Below are positions 26,786 to 39,200 of a DNA stretch of 64,000 bases, piece by piece. This DNA comes from Ptychomitrium polyphyllum (lineage: Eukaryota). A program made the position numbers and the translations under genes. Numbering within the stretch: the stretch's first letter is position 1; each line of letters starts with the position of its first letter. The stretch lies in contig OZ316775.1 in assembly GCA_973851085.1 (NCBI GenBank), positions 13,702,001 to 13,766,000 of the forward strand, given 5' to 3'. The notes beneath the pieces are model-generated. The model was not told where the DNA came from, searched no databases, and saw nothing but the letters and a program-made list of their open reading frames with translations.

Positions 26786-28700
26786 TTTCGCCTAGAATGT
26801 ACATAATGCATGTATAGATCGCGGTAAGTTCTACAAACCATAACCAAGAGTGCACAGTAGGGGGGACCACAATGGAATCGGTTCACATGTACATGACATA
26901 AATCTGACTGCATGATGCATCCCATCGTTCGAGATGACCATTTGGCAAGTGGGTCGTTGATTTAGGGCAGAGAGTGGGCACAGTGCAAATGATTGGCTTC
27001 GTGAGTGGAGAAATCATCTCAAATTGAGAATGGATATTCGGATATGATGAAATGCTATAATATTGATTCCAATCCTCGTTGGCAGCTCTTCATGGACGTA
27101 AAGGTTGTGACTGGATTTGCTCGAGAACCCAGTAGTGGTTCGCAGGTTGGATTGATAACCGACCATGCTCATGCTACCCTATGCAATGGTATCGAAAATC
27201 TGTGAAAGGAAATTATCCCTCCAGTTGTGTCCGTCGTCAGTGTTCACATTCAAAGCTTCAGTGCCCTTCAAATGGTATTTTTACTTTCCGAATACCACTC
27301 CAAATATGCCCTACACAATAATATGATGAAGTGGAGATGAAAATTTCATAAGAAGCGCTGAGTTGAAAGTCCCTCTTACATGTTAATGATTTGGTCATAT
27401 ATTCATCTCCCCTTCATCTGATATATTCATGCTTAGATCCAAAGCCTACTAGAATAAATATTAACATGTGTTCCAAAACTATCCAAATTATATTAGCCAT
27501 GCCTTGAATACAAACATAACTACATCATTTATGCTAGAGTAATATGTCTAAAGTTATAGCCTTAGAACTAATCCCTCACAACAACTTTAGAGAGGTTATG
27601 ATTTTAAATAGGAGTCAAATTAGGAATGAGTAACAACCACGTGAATATCCCAAGAATGTTGGGACCAAAATATCTTAGAACTTTATTGAGGATATAACTT
27701 TATATGATATTACTTTAAACAGGGTATACTATAGTAGGAAGTCTGCAATATTGCTCTGATGATTTTGGCTTCCATATTTATTTAAGCTAAGACTAATGAT
27801 ATCATATTTGCTCACAAGTTATAAACAACTTGGATGCAAGTTTTCTCCTAACAACTTTATTTGAACAACAAAGAAGATTCTATTTGTATCAAATATGAAA
27901 AAAGAAATGAACTAATATAAGATGTTAAACATCCTTTGTCCTACCCTAATGCAAAACAGAATAAGACAGCTGCCACTTCAGTTGGCAAAATGTAATCCAT
28001 TTAATTTAACTCAAAACCACTGGACACTCGGTCCACTAAAAGCGTGGTACAAATGTGCAACAAAACCAAGGGCATAAACGAGAATGTGAACATTCAAACT
28101 GACGCAGTGATGCGAAGCATAAGAACTCAGTTGCCAACTTTTGCTTCTCAATGCGTTTTTTTAAGGAAGCCTTCTATTCTGAATAGTGTCCATCGTGGAT
28201 GATTGGACTCCTTGATTCAGGTCAACTTGCATGTGCTTCGTGTGGTATTTCGCTTGAAATGCCAAACAGTGTCAAACGTGAGTCGGCACTGCCATCGATC
28301 CCCCTAATTTTATACGGTCAAATCCAACACTGTACGTTCCAATCCAGTTTTCAGAAAAGGAAGTGTGAAACTGGCAAGGACCGTGACCATGATGCGATGC
28401 GATGCGATGCGGTGACAGAGGACGTCCACTTGCAAGCGTCGGATCCTTCCTTGCAATTCAGAGCTCACCACGGATGGAGGGCGTTCAGTTCTCTTTCGAT
28501 TCGGAGGGAGTATATGATCAAGGACTTGACGAGGTTGGAATAAGCTAGTGTGTGTGCATCGAATCAGCTTGTGAGTGCCTGCATAAGATTCGAGGTTGAA
28601 TTGAGGTTGTTCGAGGAGTGCGTGAACTTTGTTCTCTAGCCAGTTCGTGCACTTCGAATATTTAGAAGGGAGAGTCCTTAGGAACGTCAAGCATTCGAAA

Positions 28701-29270
28701 ATGAAGCTGAGATTGAGGAAGCTCGGTTCTAGGAGCTCTAGCCGTCGTATGGAGGCAGTCGAGGTTGACCCCATCGTTCCTCTTGTGAAAGAGCTGACCG
28801 CCACTTTTAAGGTGTTCGACAAGGATGGTGATGGCAGAATCTCGAAATCCGAGCTTTGAGTTGTGCTGCGTTCGCTTGGTGACGACATGAGCGACGATGA
28901 GCTCGATGAGGTGATTGTGAAGGTGGACGGTGATGGCGATGGCTTCATCGACCTTCATGAATTCATTAGCTTCCATAGTGGCAGGACTGGATCGGGATTC
29001 GACTCTGTTTCCCGGACATCGAGCAAGGGTAGAGATGGAGCGAGCAGCGACGAGAAGTACGAGTTGCAGGCCGCGTTTGATGTGTTTGATGTTGACAAGA
29101 ACGGCTTTATCTCTGCTGAGGAGCTTCAGAGAGTGATGTGGAGTCTCGGTGACAAGAAGACCTCGTTGGCGGAATGCCGGCACATGATCAACTGCGTGGA
29201 CAAGGACGGTGATCACATGGTTGATTTCAACGAATTCCAATGCTTGATGTCTGGTACATTTGTTTGCTGA
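28701..29270 (+). pseudogene. Calmodulin-like gene (copy 3) with in-frame premature TGA at codon 53
   Basis: ATG at 28701 (MKLRLRKLGSR…). The frame reads DKDGDGRISKSEL*VVLRSLGDD with TGA at 28857-28859, where the paralogs have Gly (SELGTVL/AELGTVL). The rest of the frame is intact to TGA at 29268-29270. Confidence 0.85.
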
Positions 29271-30479
29271 CAGAAACAAAGAAGGTGGACAAGTTGTGGA
29301 TGACTGGAATCATTAAATGCTTCATAGCGATTAGAGGTGTTCACTCCTCTATATTAGGGTTCCCGTAAGCATTCGAGCTAGAAAAGCTGTTGGTGAACAC
29401 GCACTCGGAGGAAGCCATGAATGTTCGAAGCGAACAGCGCTGTTGCGATGTCACAGCTTGTAGGACATTTCAAAGCCTGGTGCGGAGAAAATTCTTCTAA
29501 AAACAAAGGCACAGTACAACTGGATAATGTGCAGAACTCGTTGGACTAATTGTTACTTAGATATAGCTGTTTTGAGCTACTCATTTATAAAACCAGAAAT
29601 TTCGTAGAACATCCAAGTATTTGGCTCCTGATTATCCAGAATGGCGATGTCTTCTCAATTTTGATCTGACTTGCCTGTGATAAATGAAATGGCACTCAAG
29701 CAGAACCACAGGTGTTCAACATCCCATTCGAAAAACTAGCAGTCACTTACAAGTCTGCTGATGTTTTCTTATTGCCGTACCATAAACTAGATTCTTAATT
29801 TGTGCACTCTCTTTAAGTCCTTGCCAATTTCAATCCTCCCAAGCCTCGACTTCCATTCATTCTACTGACTGGCCAAGTTAATTCTACCCTAAGTCAGCAT
29901 CTAATGAAATCAACAGGAACAAGCTGCTCTTGCAAATCGAGCAACATATGGCAGTCCGAAGTGAACAAAAGTTTCTGTTTCCTCCCTTGAATTTGGCGGC
30001 ATTATCTTTGAACAACCACTCCATCTCTAACAGATGCTTATGGGCGCAACTAAGTAACTGATGGACGAGGAATCTTATCAGTCACTGAAAGTCGAATTCA
30101 AACACTCGTACTGTCTCATAATCAAAGAACCTATAACCTAGAGCCTCTGCGCGCAGCCTTGATCAAAACAGATTTTGAATGATACTATGTACAGCCTCAA
30201 AAGCTATATATTCCCATGCATACTAAACATTAAAAGTTCTGTTAGGTTCTGATACAAAGCATTAAGACAATATTTACTGGAACGGCCTGTGTCAGTTTGA
30301 TCTGGCTAAACTAAAAGAGAGAAAGCATGAGGAGGGCTAAACATATATTCCTCAGACTTGAGGGTGGATAATTTCTTCAGTGAACAATTGTTCGAAAGTT
30401 CATAAGTTGACTTTGTGAACATCTTAATTGTGGACAATAGTTCAGTTTTTCAGAGAGTTGTGTTCCGCAGGAAGGACAA

Positions 30480-32800
30480 TGGCTCAAACAGTAACAGCAC
30501 AACAAATGCACACACCTCCATGATTACGTGACCTTAACTATGCTTGTTGGTTGCCATCAATTTTCTTTCCTTTATTCTAGGCAGAGCTCCTACTTTCAAT
30601 TCCCTCAAAACATATCTAACGCTCTCACTTCTGAGCTGGTGCAGATTTGTCACGTTTATTGGCTAGTGAAATGCGCTCTTTTTTGAGAGCATGCAACTGC
30701 TGTTTCATGACCTATCTGTCCTTCAACGCAGACTTATATTTAATTCCTAGCTCGTCCACAACTTGCAAAAGACGAAGCTAGCAATGTTGAATAACTAATA
30801 GCATCCTCTGTCTGACTTCAAATCTTCTGAAATTCAGCATTAGGTAGAGGAGAAAAACAATGGTTATAAGAGTTCCTAGAGAAAAATGTTACATATCGTA
30901 CCTTGAGAGCATGAAAAAGTTCTGCATCTAGCTCGTCATTTATTTACTAACGCTTCAGCAACTGACTCCGCAACTCTTGCTTTTCTCTAAGTAATTTGTC
31001 CTCGGCCTGCAACAAGTACCATTTTGCAAGTTGACAACATAAGAAAAAGCAATTAGAACAAGATCTCAATGATTGTAATATTCCATCTGAATTGAAAACT
31101 GCAAATCTAATGTAAGATTACTACTAGGAATATTTCTACTACAACCATCACATACGAGAAGAAATTACATGTGCGGCGTGCACAAGACTTTCCAGCAACT
31201 CCGTCTGTCCATCCATGGACTCCATGGACCTCGCCGAGCTCCTCCCAGAGGACTCCTCTCAATATGCAGACTTCCTTGAATATGTAGACCTTGAATCATC
31301 GGGCCTTGTTTCCACGGACCTTGATCGATCTCCTTGTTTTAAGCTGTATTTCGAGCTTTGTTTCAATATAGAAATTGTCAATTATTTCGAAGCATTCGGG
31401 ACTGTCAGTTCGTCGAGTACTTTCATTAGTAACGCGTCATAGGATTCATCTGCAACTAATCCTTTCAAAATTTTCTTGGCTCTCTTCCTTTCCTTTCGGG
31501 GTTGGGGATGTCAGGTTGAAATCTGAGTAAGTCAAAAGTCATGCAAAGATATAAACTATGAAACTGAACTCACTGGCATTGAATCCATATGGAGAGGTGA
31601 CAGAAATGTAACCAAGAACGAGTATATTCTCCACCACAGATGTAAGAGTAAGCTATGCATAAGAAAGGACAATTGGAAAAAAGAACGTGAATAGCACAAT
31701 GACAGTACAAAATCATGTACCAAGGTATTAGATACATGATGTTTCTTGGAGATCTCGTTCCCTTTCTCTCGTGTTACTTCACTTAAATTCCGGGCCTGCG
31801 CAAAACGTGCAGTACATTTTGAGTCAGAAGAAGGTGTAGCTTGAAGACACTGTCACTCCCTAATAAGTTTCTACGCAAAGTGTGGGAAGTTAATCCGGAA
31901 TTTCAAGTGGACGTTCTCTGACAAGAAGAGGGCAGATCAGGGTAATAGGTAGTACTCGTTAAGGTAGGCTACAACATGGCACCTACTATAGAGGGGTATC
32001 TTTCCATTTTGTTTCTCAAGATGCCTGAATAGCGATCAGGTCCACTTTTGCTCTTGCCACATTTACATGGAGACGATATCGTTTTGAGATCAGCCTCAGT
32101 CTCAGCCTTCCTTTCGCTGCATGACGCAGGCCATCCTAGGGACTAATAGTTTCATTACGTAAATCATTACTTCCATATGAATACCAGTACTTCACCCACA
32201 CAAGATGCTTTATTGAAATGGAGCAACCGAATGAACAATGAGAATCGCTCCAGGTGCTGAAACCATAATTCAGACATTTTGCCTATATGTGCCTCAAAGA
32301 GTCCAAACATGGGTCCCTGATCCATAAGGGTCATCGAAACTGTTGAACAGGATACCCCAAGCCTGAACCACTACAAATTTACCAAGATTACTCTGATTTT
32401 CTTGTGAAGGATTTATGATATAAGGACATACGATATTGCACTGACTAAGATTGCATTCCATTTCTGACGAATAACCTCAATATTGCCATAGAAGACGTTT
32501 CAACAGAGTTTCTGATTATCACGTGACTTATTTACAAAAATGAGTGTTTCTCAATTAGCACAAGCCATCATGTTACCTGCTTCAGACCTTGTCCTGGCGA
32601 TATCGTCCCCTGAAGCTGCTACTGCAGCTTTTGTTGTGCCCAGCCGGCTGCAAAGCTTGTCCTCAATCACATCTTTGATCCCACTATCATCAGACTTATT
32701 ATCGCTGCTCGAATACTGCAGTCTCCTGTTCTGTCGTCTCTTCTGGTGTTTGTATATTCTTGTGGATGTCACTGATTTCTTCGTCAGGCATAACAGCAAT
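30480..32800 (-). pseudogene. Candidate decayed multi-exon gene for a coiled-coil / low-complexity protein
   Basis: Exon-like blocks with splice-like borders give coiled-coil-like peptides broken by stops and frameshifts: AEDKLLREKQELRS / VAEALVNNDELDAELFHALK (about 30902-31008), VDELGIKYKSALKDR*VMKQQLHALKKERISLANKRDK (about 30640-30760), RSSARSMESMDGQTELLESLVHAAH (about 31170-31250). No family recognised. Confidence 0.35.
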
Positions 32801-34134
32801 CTCTGCAAACGCGATTAAGATAGCGGTTGATCACTTGAGTTTAAAACCAATAATCGTATGCTGTTGTGAAATTCGAAAAGAACCACCTCTTCGGTAAAGG
32901 AAAACAAAAAAGAAACTTCTGGCGAGTCACTCCGATTGTTGTAACTTTGTGATTGAGTCAACTGATCAATGAAACGTTGCAACTTCTTAGGTGAAAATCT
33001 GAACACCAGCAAAATCATGCCCTAAATCAGTTCTCCACAGCACATCAAAGATGCACCATGTCTATACCTCCACCTCAATCTGCCTGAAACCGAAGTGTGA
33101 TCGGGATAAAATGCAAGATGTGGAAATTTAGACAGGTTCACATGCGTAATCGGGAAGAATAGCTCTCTATTTCTCATCAGAAGCTTGTGACCCTGCCATA
33201 TCCAACCAGAGGAATATGATGTGAAATTGAGTTTGGATATTTCAACCAGAGGACATATGAAGAAAGCTGGAGATTTCCGTTCTACGACAATTTCAATGGC
33301 ATCTGAATCTTCATTTAACAACTTCATGTCTGAGAGCACATCATAGTACTGTGTTTGATTTTAAGTAAATTAAAGTTTGATGGGTGATGACGGTTGCATG
33401 TGCACAGTTCGTAACTTAACGTAAACGCTTTGTAGCGATAATAACGAATTGGACAACGATAACTCTCTTAATTTGATAGAGAAACTCACTGCACAAGTCC
33501 ATATTTACATCAGACTAGAGTTTATCAACATTCCCAAAAACATTTACAGCAGTGCATAGCAGTGTTAACGACAACCTGTAAGAAAATCGGAATGGGGGAG
33601 ACATTCAGTGAGATACTCCTCATTGACGTTTTCAGGAAGTCTTGATTCAAAATCATATGTATCTGACCAGGGTTTGACCGCAAATTCTAACTACAGAAGA
33701 TTCGTCACTCCAGGACAGAAGTAAACAAACAACAAACGCCTCCCCTCCTCCGCAATGTTGACAGTGTGTTTGCATACCCATGCCTAAAAGGAGGTGCTCC
33801 TGAAAAATATAATAACGCGCATGATATGATTCATTTTCCCAGTGAAGCAGGAGGGGTGAAGCCATGAAATAAAAAGGATTAGTACCAGGTAGTGAGCGTT
33901 ATCAATGTTCAGTCATCAATTTCCCGCCCTAAGATAAACAAAGCTCAAAGAAAATTAAGAAAACCTTCTCCACATCTCATTCATGTCTCGTCCAAGGAGG
34001 AATATGATGTGTGCTCATAAGCACACAACAATATGCATCTATAAACATGATAGATTCCGCGACTCAAACACAGAATCTGTGTCAAGTCGAATACTCACTT
34101 AAGACTACATCCTTCACTCCAGCCCTTGCCCAGC

Positions 34135-34921
34135 CTACAGACCAAGCTTGGTTCTACGCCAGTGCCTGCGCTTAGCATTATACCTGCAAATACGCAAAGT
34201 TCGGATGAGTATTTAGGACAGAAGTATAGGGATTCCGTCTAAATACTTCGCAAATTCAGTGACATTCCTCTGCGTCGGGCTCTTAACCCTTTCGATCCTT
34301 GCCCTAATTCAACAAAGTTTTAAACAACACCAAATAAATTTTAACCACAGATTCCACAAACCTGATAGTGTTATCAGTACGCATGCGGATCCAGTGAGGA
34401 ATAGGGCGATTCTGCCGCAGCTTCTTCGCCAACTTTTTCTTAATCCTGAAAGTCTTCTGGGACGGCTGAAACCCACAACTCACGAAGAGGCGAAATCCCA
34501 TCGACGTCACATTCTCGTACAGAAACCCAAAAAAACACAAAGACTCACCTCTACAATCCTACTTCGATTCCAAAAACCCTCTCATTCAAAACCTAAAACT
34601 GCCAAAACGGATAACTGCAGGACGCGTCCAAAACCCTAGAAACCTCATGCCCAGCACCATCTCTAAACCATAAACCTATATAAAATTCATGATATAAAAT
34701 GTACCCGTGATGCCACGAAAGCCTTCCAAAACCCATAGAAAGCAATACACAAAGCAAGAGAGCAGACCCTATACAAAACTATTGTCAAGATCGAAAGAGA
34801 AAACCCTAAATGACCACAGATGCTATCTCGCACTCATATGCGTCTATCATCGAAACTAGGTAGAGCAAAATTATGAAAACCAAGAGAAAAGGGTGAGAAA
34901 GAAGGGTGCGGACTGTACCAT
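34135..34921 (-). CDS. RPL39: 60S ribosomal protein L39 (eL39), 51 aa
   Basis: Exon 1 is ATG only (34919-34921), exon 2 34362..34465 ([35 protein letters not shown]), exon 3 34135..34183 ([15 protein letters not shown]). Total 156 nt. Confidence 0.97.
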
Positions 34922-35029
34922 GGTGGCAGCCGACGCTGAGGTCAGCGACGAAGGGCGATGCGAGCGAGCGGGCGAGCGCAACAAATACACAAACGCTGGA
35001 AAAGAGAGCCAATGGAGGTGCAAGACGAC

Positions 35030-35075
35030 CAGTTTAGGGTTCTCTCCTTCGCCTTCAGCCGTTCGATGGGCTGCA
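35030..35075 (-). promoter_or_regulatory. Telo-box-like and site II-like motifs in the RPL39 promoter
   Basis: TTTAGGGTT (AACCCTAAA on the minus strand) at about 35032-35040 and TGGGCT at about 35067. This pairing is established for plant ribosomal-protein promoters. Confidence 0.5.
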
Positions 35076-35096
35076 TCCGACGGTCTTTGTTTCCTC

Positions 35097-35250
35097 GTCC
35101 CTTTCCCCTCCGAGTTCCCTTTCCGGTTCCCCTTCGAGTTTCCCTTCAAGTTCCCCCTTGGAGTTCCCTTCCTGTTCCCTGCGTACTTCTTGTTCGTGGA
35201 ACGCATTGGGAACAACGTCCTTTTCAGCATTGGGAACAACGTCCTTTTCA
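35097..35250. repeat. GTTCCC-rich degenerate tandem repeat plus a ~24-bp direct duplication
   Basis: Repeated (g)ttccc(c)tt units at 35097-35180, followed by gcattgggaacaacgtccttttca twice at about 35203-35250. Confidence 0.7.
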
Positions 35251-35803
35251 TGTTTTGTAAATGGAGATGCTTGCATTTGTAAAGATTTGCTTTGTTTCTA
35301 TAGTAATCTAGGATGCATATGATATAGCAAATTCAATTATTTCAGTGAAATAAAAAAATAATGATAATTAATTCTATTACAAAAAAATTAAAAAATTGTA
35401 TTGTTAAATAAATTGTTCTTTTATAATAACATTGTTTTATTGTTATTTAGACAAGCCATGGCTTATCAATCACAATATGATTTTGTTATGATAAAAAATT
35501 TGGAAAGAAAATTTAAGATTTTATTTTAGACACCAATTAACAAGTGCATGGCCAAAAGTCTTTTCATGTAAACATGAATTTGTTTAATATTAGACATACA
35601 ACAAGAATTTTTTTTTGCTATTGATTAAATTCTGTGCAATTAGTAATTAGGCATTTCAACTGTACTTAAGCAAACATTAATTTTAGTCAAGTTTAGATTT
35701 TCTTTATTTCCACAAATTATTTATTTTAGTTATTATAATTGTAATATTGTATACATAATAAAACTTTATAAGAAGTGCAAATATATTATTTTGTACATAT
35801 ATG

Positions 35804-36343
35804 TGTCATAGATATAGATCATGCAATATAGTCCTTAGAACAGTCTAGAACCTTTTAGTATACTATAATAACTTCTTAGAATACTTTTAAATGTCTCCAT
35901 AGTCTTTCCATATTTTTAGGAGCTTCCTAGGAAAGTTCCTCCACCTTAGGTAATTTCCTAGGAACGTTTCATCATCTTAGAAAACTTCCTATGAAGGTTC
36001 TATCTCTTTAGGAAACTTCCTAAGAAGATTCCACTACTTTAGGAAATTTCCAAGGAAGGTTCCAACATCTTAGAAAACTTCTTGGGAAGGTTCCCTAGAC
36101 TTCTAGAATATTCTTAAGCCTTGTAGGAAGCTTCTTTAAAAGTATCCTAAGAGATACAAACGTCATAGTATAAATAGGAAGCAAGACAAGGTATTCCTTA
36201 GTCTTGCCAATACAAGTTGTGGATTATCTTGAATCCTGCTTTATTCTAGTCTTAGTATCAAGTTCTTGTTAATCATTAGCTCCTTGGAAGCTAATTCTTG
36301 GAAAACACTTCGTTTTTGCTTCTTATTTCTTGTGTTCCTAACA
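35804..36343 (+). mobile_element. Solo LTR (540 bp) of an LTR retrotransposon
   Basis: Begins TGTCA and ends TAACA, flanked by an identical 5-bp TSD ATATG (35799-35803 and 36344-36348). Contains about six ~31-bp tandem repeats (35916-36100) and TATAAATA at 36169. Nested in an AT-rich island (about 35290-36990). Confidence 0.85.
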
Positions 36344-37591
36344 ATATGCATATATAAGTAAATTTTTTAATCAAATTTATATGAATACATAAGTATATAA
36401 ATAAATTTAATTTTATAGATCATTAATCATTTAAATCATTGAAAAAAAAAACTTCTTTAAAGATTATAGTTTTGCATAATTCAAAGTTATACAAATTATG
36501 ATATATAAATATTATAAGGTTTTATTGTTTTATTTTATATCACTTTTAACTTAAAGTTATATAATGAACAATTTTACAAAGATATATGTAGAGAAGTTGG
36601 ATCTTAAGCATATAAACTTATCATATTATAGATAAAAACATTATACAAAATATTGCAAAAAACTTAAATTCTTATTTGTATTTAATTTTAAGTATTAACT
36701 TCATACAATTTAATTAAGAAAAAAACACAAGATTCAATTCTAGAACGTGAAAAGATTCTTTTATGTGCCACACATGCTAGTAACATTTTCATAAAAAAAT
36801 TGTTTAAAAATTAGAATTTTTATAGTCCATAACAAATATTAGAATTTTTTTATTAATTTAAGAGTTTTTATTTAAGATGATATTATTAGTTTCCATTACT
36901 AAAGTTCAAACGATTACAAGAACCAATATTACTCACAAAATCAATGAAATAGTAGATTGAAAAATTTCCTAACATGTGACGCCTCAAGTATTTTTTTGAA
37001 CACTAATCTTGACTTCATTATAATTGCTTTCAAACCTGGTCCGTTGAGAACAACCATTTGATCGTTGAGAACAATGAAGAAAGTGTTCATCAATCTAAAT
37101 ATTAAGGCATCAACACTCAAGTTTCTCTATTATCTCACTCTATCTATTCGCAAACCGTGCAAAATGAGTAGATTTTAATTTCAAGATGTACGTGCTCTGA
37201 ACATGTGCTTTCTAAGGTTAGTTTCAGGCTCATCTCCAGTTAGAACTTTCAAAACTAAGAATCGATTATTCGGTATCCAATTGGCACAGTCTAGAAGATC
37301 TTCTCTCACTCAGCTAATGGTGAAAATGTGCCGCTTGCATTATTCAATCAGCACTTTGGCATGACCGCAGCCCTCATTCCGACAGAGTTGGGGTCAGGTA
37401 CCTGAAGAGGAAAGTGGATTTGAGTGGTGTAGAGTACCAACATCCAGCATAAAACTTGAAAATGAATTGAACAACATCTGAAACATCCTTTCACTGCACA
37501 GTTGTGCACCTTGACATGGATTTCATACAGCATTCAAGGAAGCCACAAAGAGTTCCTTCTCTAGGACGAGCTCTACAAACCGGCTCCTGCA

Positions 37592-39200
37592 TTACCAGAC
37601 GCTCTCCTGCTGCTGGACAAAAAACTTGGCATGAGGAAAAGCCTCTGTGGGAAGAAGGGCCATCCACACTGGTGCAAGTGCTGCCTCTGATGGAGGATGC
37701 ATTCCATACATAGCAGTTGTCTGTTTCGCAATGGCAGGCTCCAGTTTGGCTAGAGCCTCCTTGGCCATGTCAGTCAACACAGCTCCAGGGCACATGGCAT
37801 TCACCAGTGCCCTCTCTCCTGCAGGCCTTGCCAACTGCTCTCCTGCCAGGATGCGCGTGTAGGTGTTCAGGAACAGCTTTGATTCCTTGTAATGGGGACG
37901 ATGAGTTCCCCAGCGCTGCTCTACTGATCGCCCGCCTTGCACGTCTTCCAAGTACTCGGCTGCAAGTGCATCAACCATGGTTTTGTCCAGATGGTCGACT
38001 GCCTCTTGCACCTTCCCTTTGGCATACTCATTGCCTGCAAAATTCTGTCCACGAACCGAACTCAGAGTGTCATACAGACCGCACTACAGTGAAGAGAAAC
38101 TTTTTTCTGTTTGGTAGTCAGACTGGGCCGTATTCGTTATATTGACAAAGTTCAGTGACTTTTGCACAAATGCGTAAGACTTTCACAGTGCAAATTTTAG
38201 GTCCGATTCAATCATTTTGAGATTTTAGATGCCGTTTATACATTCTAAGCTATTTTAATTGTCAACAGTACTTTAATATGGTAGATTTAGTTGCAGGCAT
38301 AGACTAAAAACGTATTTTGGTCACTACCAAACAAGACAACTGGCAATGTGAGAACTGCCAATATAACGAATACTAGACAATATGTCTCAAACCAGGGGAG
38401 AGAACTCCAAGACTTGATTTGAGTCGATGGCTGCAGAACTGGATGTGCATTAAGACCAGCGAATAGGAAGGAGGATAACCATGAGGAGATTGAGTCCTAC
38501 CTCAAGTTTACCTCTACTAGAAGAGATCATTATAATCCGTCCTCTATTAGATGAAGCTCTTAACAATGGCAGCAGCTTTTCTGTGACCCGTTTCGTGCCG
38601 AAGTAATTTGTGTCAATTGTCTCGACTGCATCTTCGTACACCTCCAGCCTGTGTTTTGAGATTCCTGCATTGTTTATCTGAAAACGTTTCCATAAGAGGA
38701 AGATTCACAAAAGAAAGAAGTAAAACATCATTCTAGAACTTCAGACCAAGATACAGTATAGTTGCTCTGAACCTTAATCATCTGTACAAGCCACCAAGCC
38801 CCGATGTATGAATCATGTCAATAGAGCTCTTGACACTCCAAAGAATCTCGGAGTCATACATTCATATTGTGGAGCTCAACAATGTCCATCTTGACAAAAT
38901 GCTCACCAGGATGTCAATGCCGCCAAATGTATTTTGCAACCACGCAGCTAATTCTTCGATAGACTGCTCATTGGTGATGTCGAGTTGGTGGAAATGAATG
39001 ACTCCCGCAAGCTCAGGCTCCGCTTTCACCACCCGATCTACGGCTGCGAGTCCTAACTGCGAATCCCTGGCCGTGGAGACAACAGCGATGCCGTGCCTGG
39101 CAAGGTGAAGCACGATCCCCTGCCCAAGCCCCTTGTTGCTTCCCGTCACCACAGCCACTGTGTCTTTCGACCACCACCAGCTAAACGGAGATTCCGCCAT
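37592..39200 (-). CDS. Short-chain dehydrogenase/reductase, carbonyl reductase / (+)-neomenthol dehydrogenase-like
   Basis: Exons 38907..39200 (WWSKDTVAVVTGSNKGLG…FHQLDIT…GGIDIL), 38501..38677 (INNAG…TNYFGTKRVTEKLLPLL…ISSSRG) and 37592..38044 (YKESK = YxxxK, VNAMCPGAVLTDM). Confidence 0.92.

Noticed and set aside
28857..28859. In-frame TGA as selenocysteine or RNA-edited codon
   Set aside because: Aligns to Gly rather than Cys or Arg; land plants lack Sec machinery and U-to-C editing is organellar.
28310..29279. 212-aa and 205-aa minus-strand ORFs
   Set aside because: Antisense to the CML copy 3 coding frame; their similarity to the 24459..24803 ORF simply reflects the CML duplication.
34184..34918. 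Intronic snoRNA in RPL39 (small hairpin at 34208-34247)
   Set aside because: No C/D box pair or convincing H/ACA double hairpin on the sense strand.
34871..35282. Overlapping 100-129 aa ORFs upstream of RPL39
   Set aside because: Produced by the low-complexity GTTCCC repeat and GC-rich 5' UTR.
35916..36100. Regularly spaced ~31-bp palindromic repeats resembling a CRISPR array
   Set aside because: No unique spacers, eukaryotic context and no cas genes; they are internal LTR tandem repeats.
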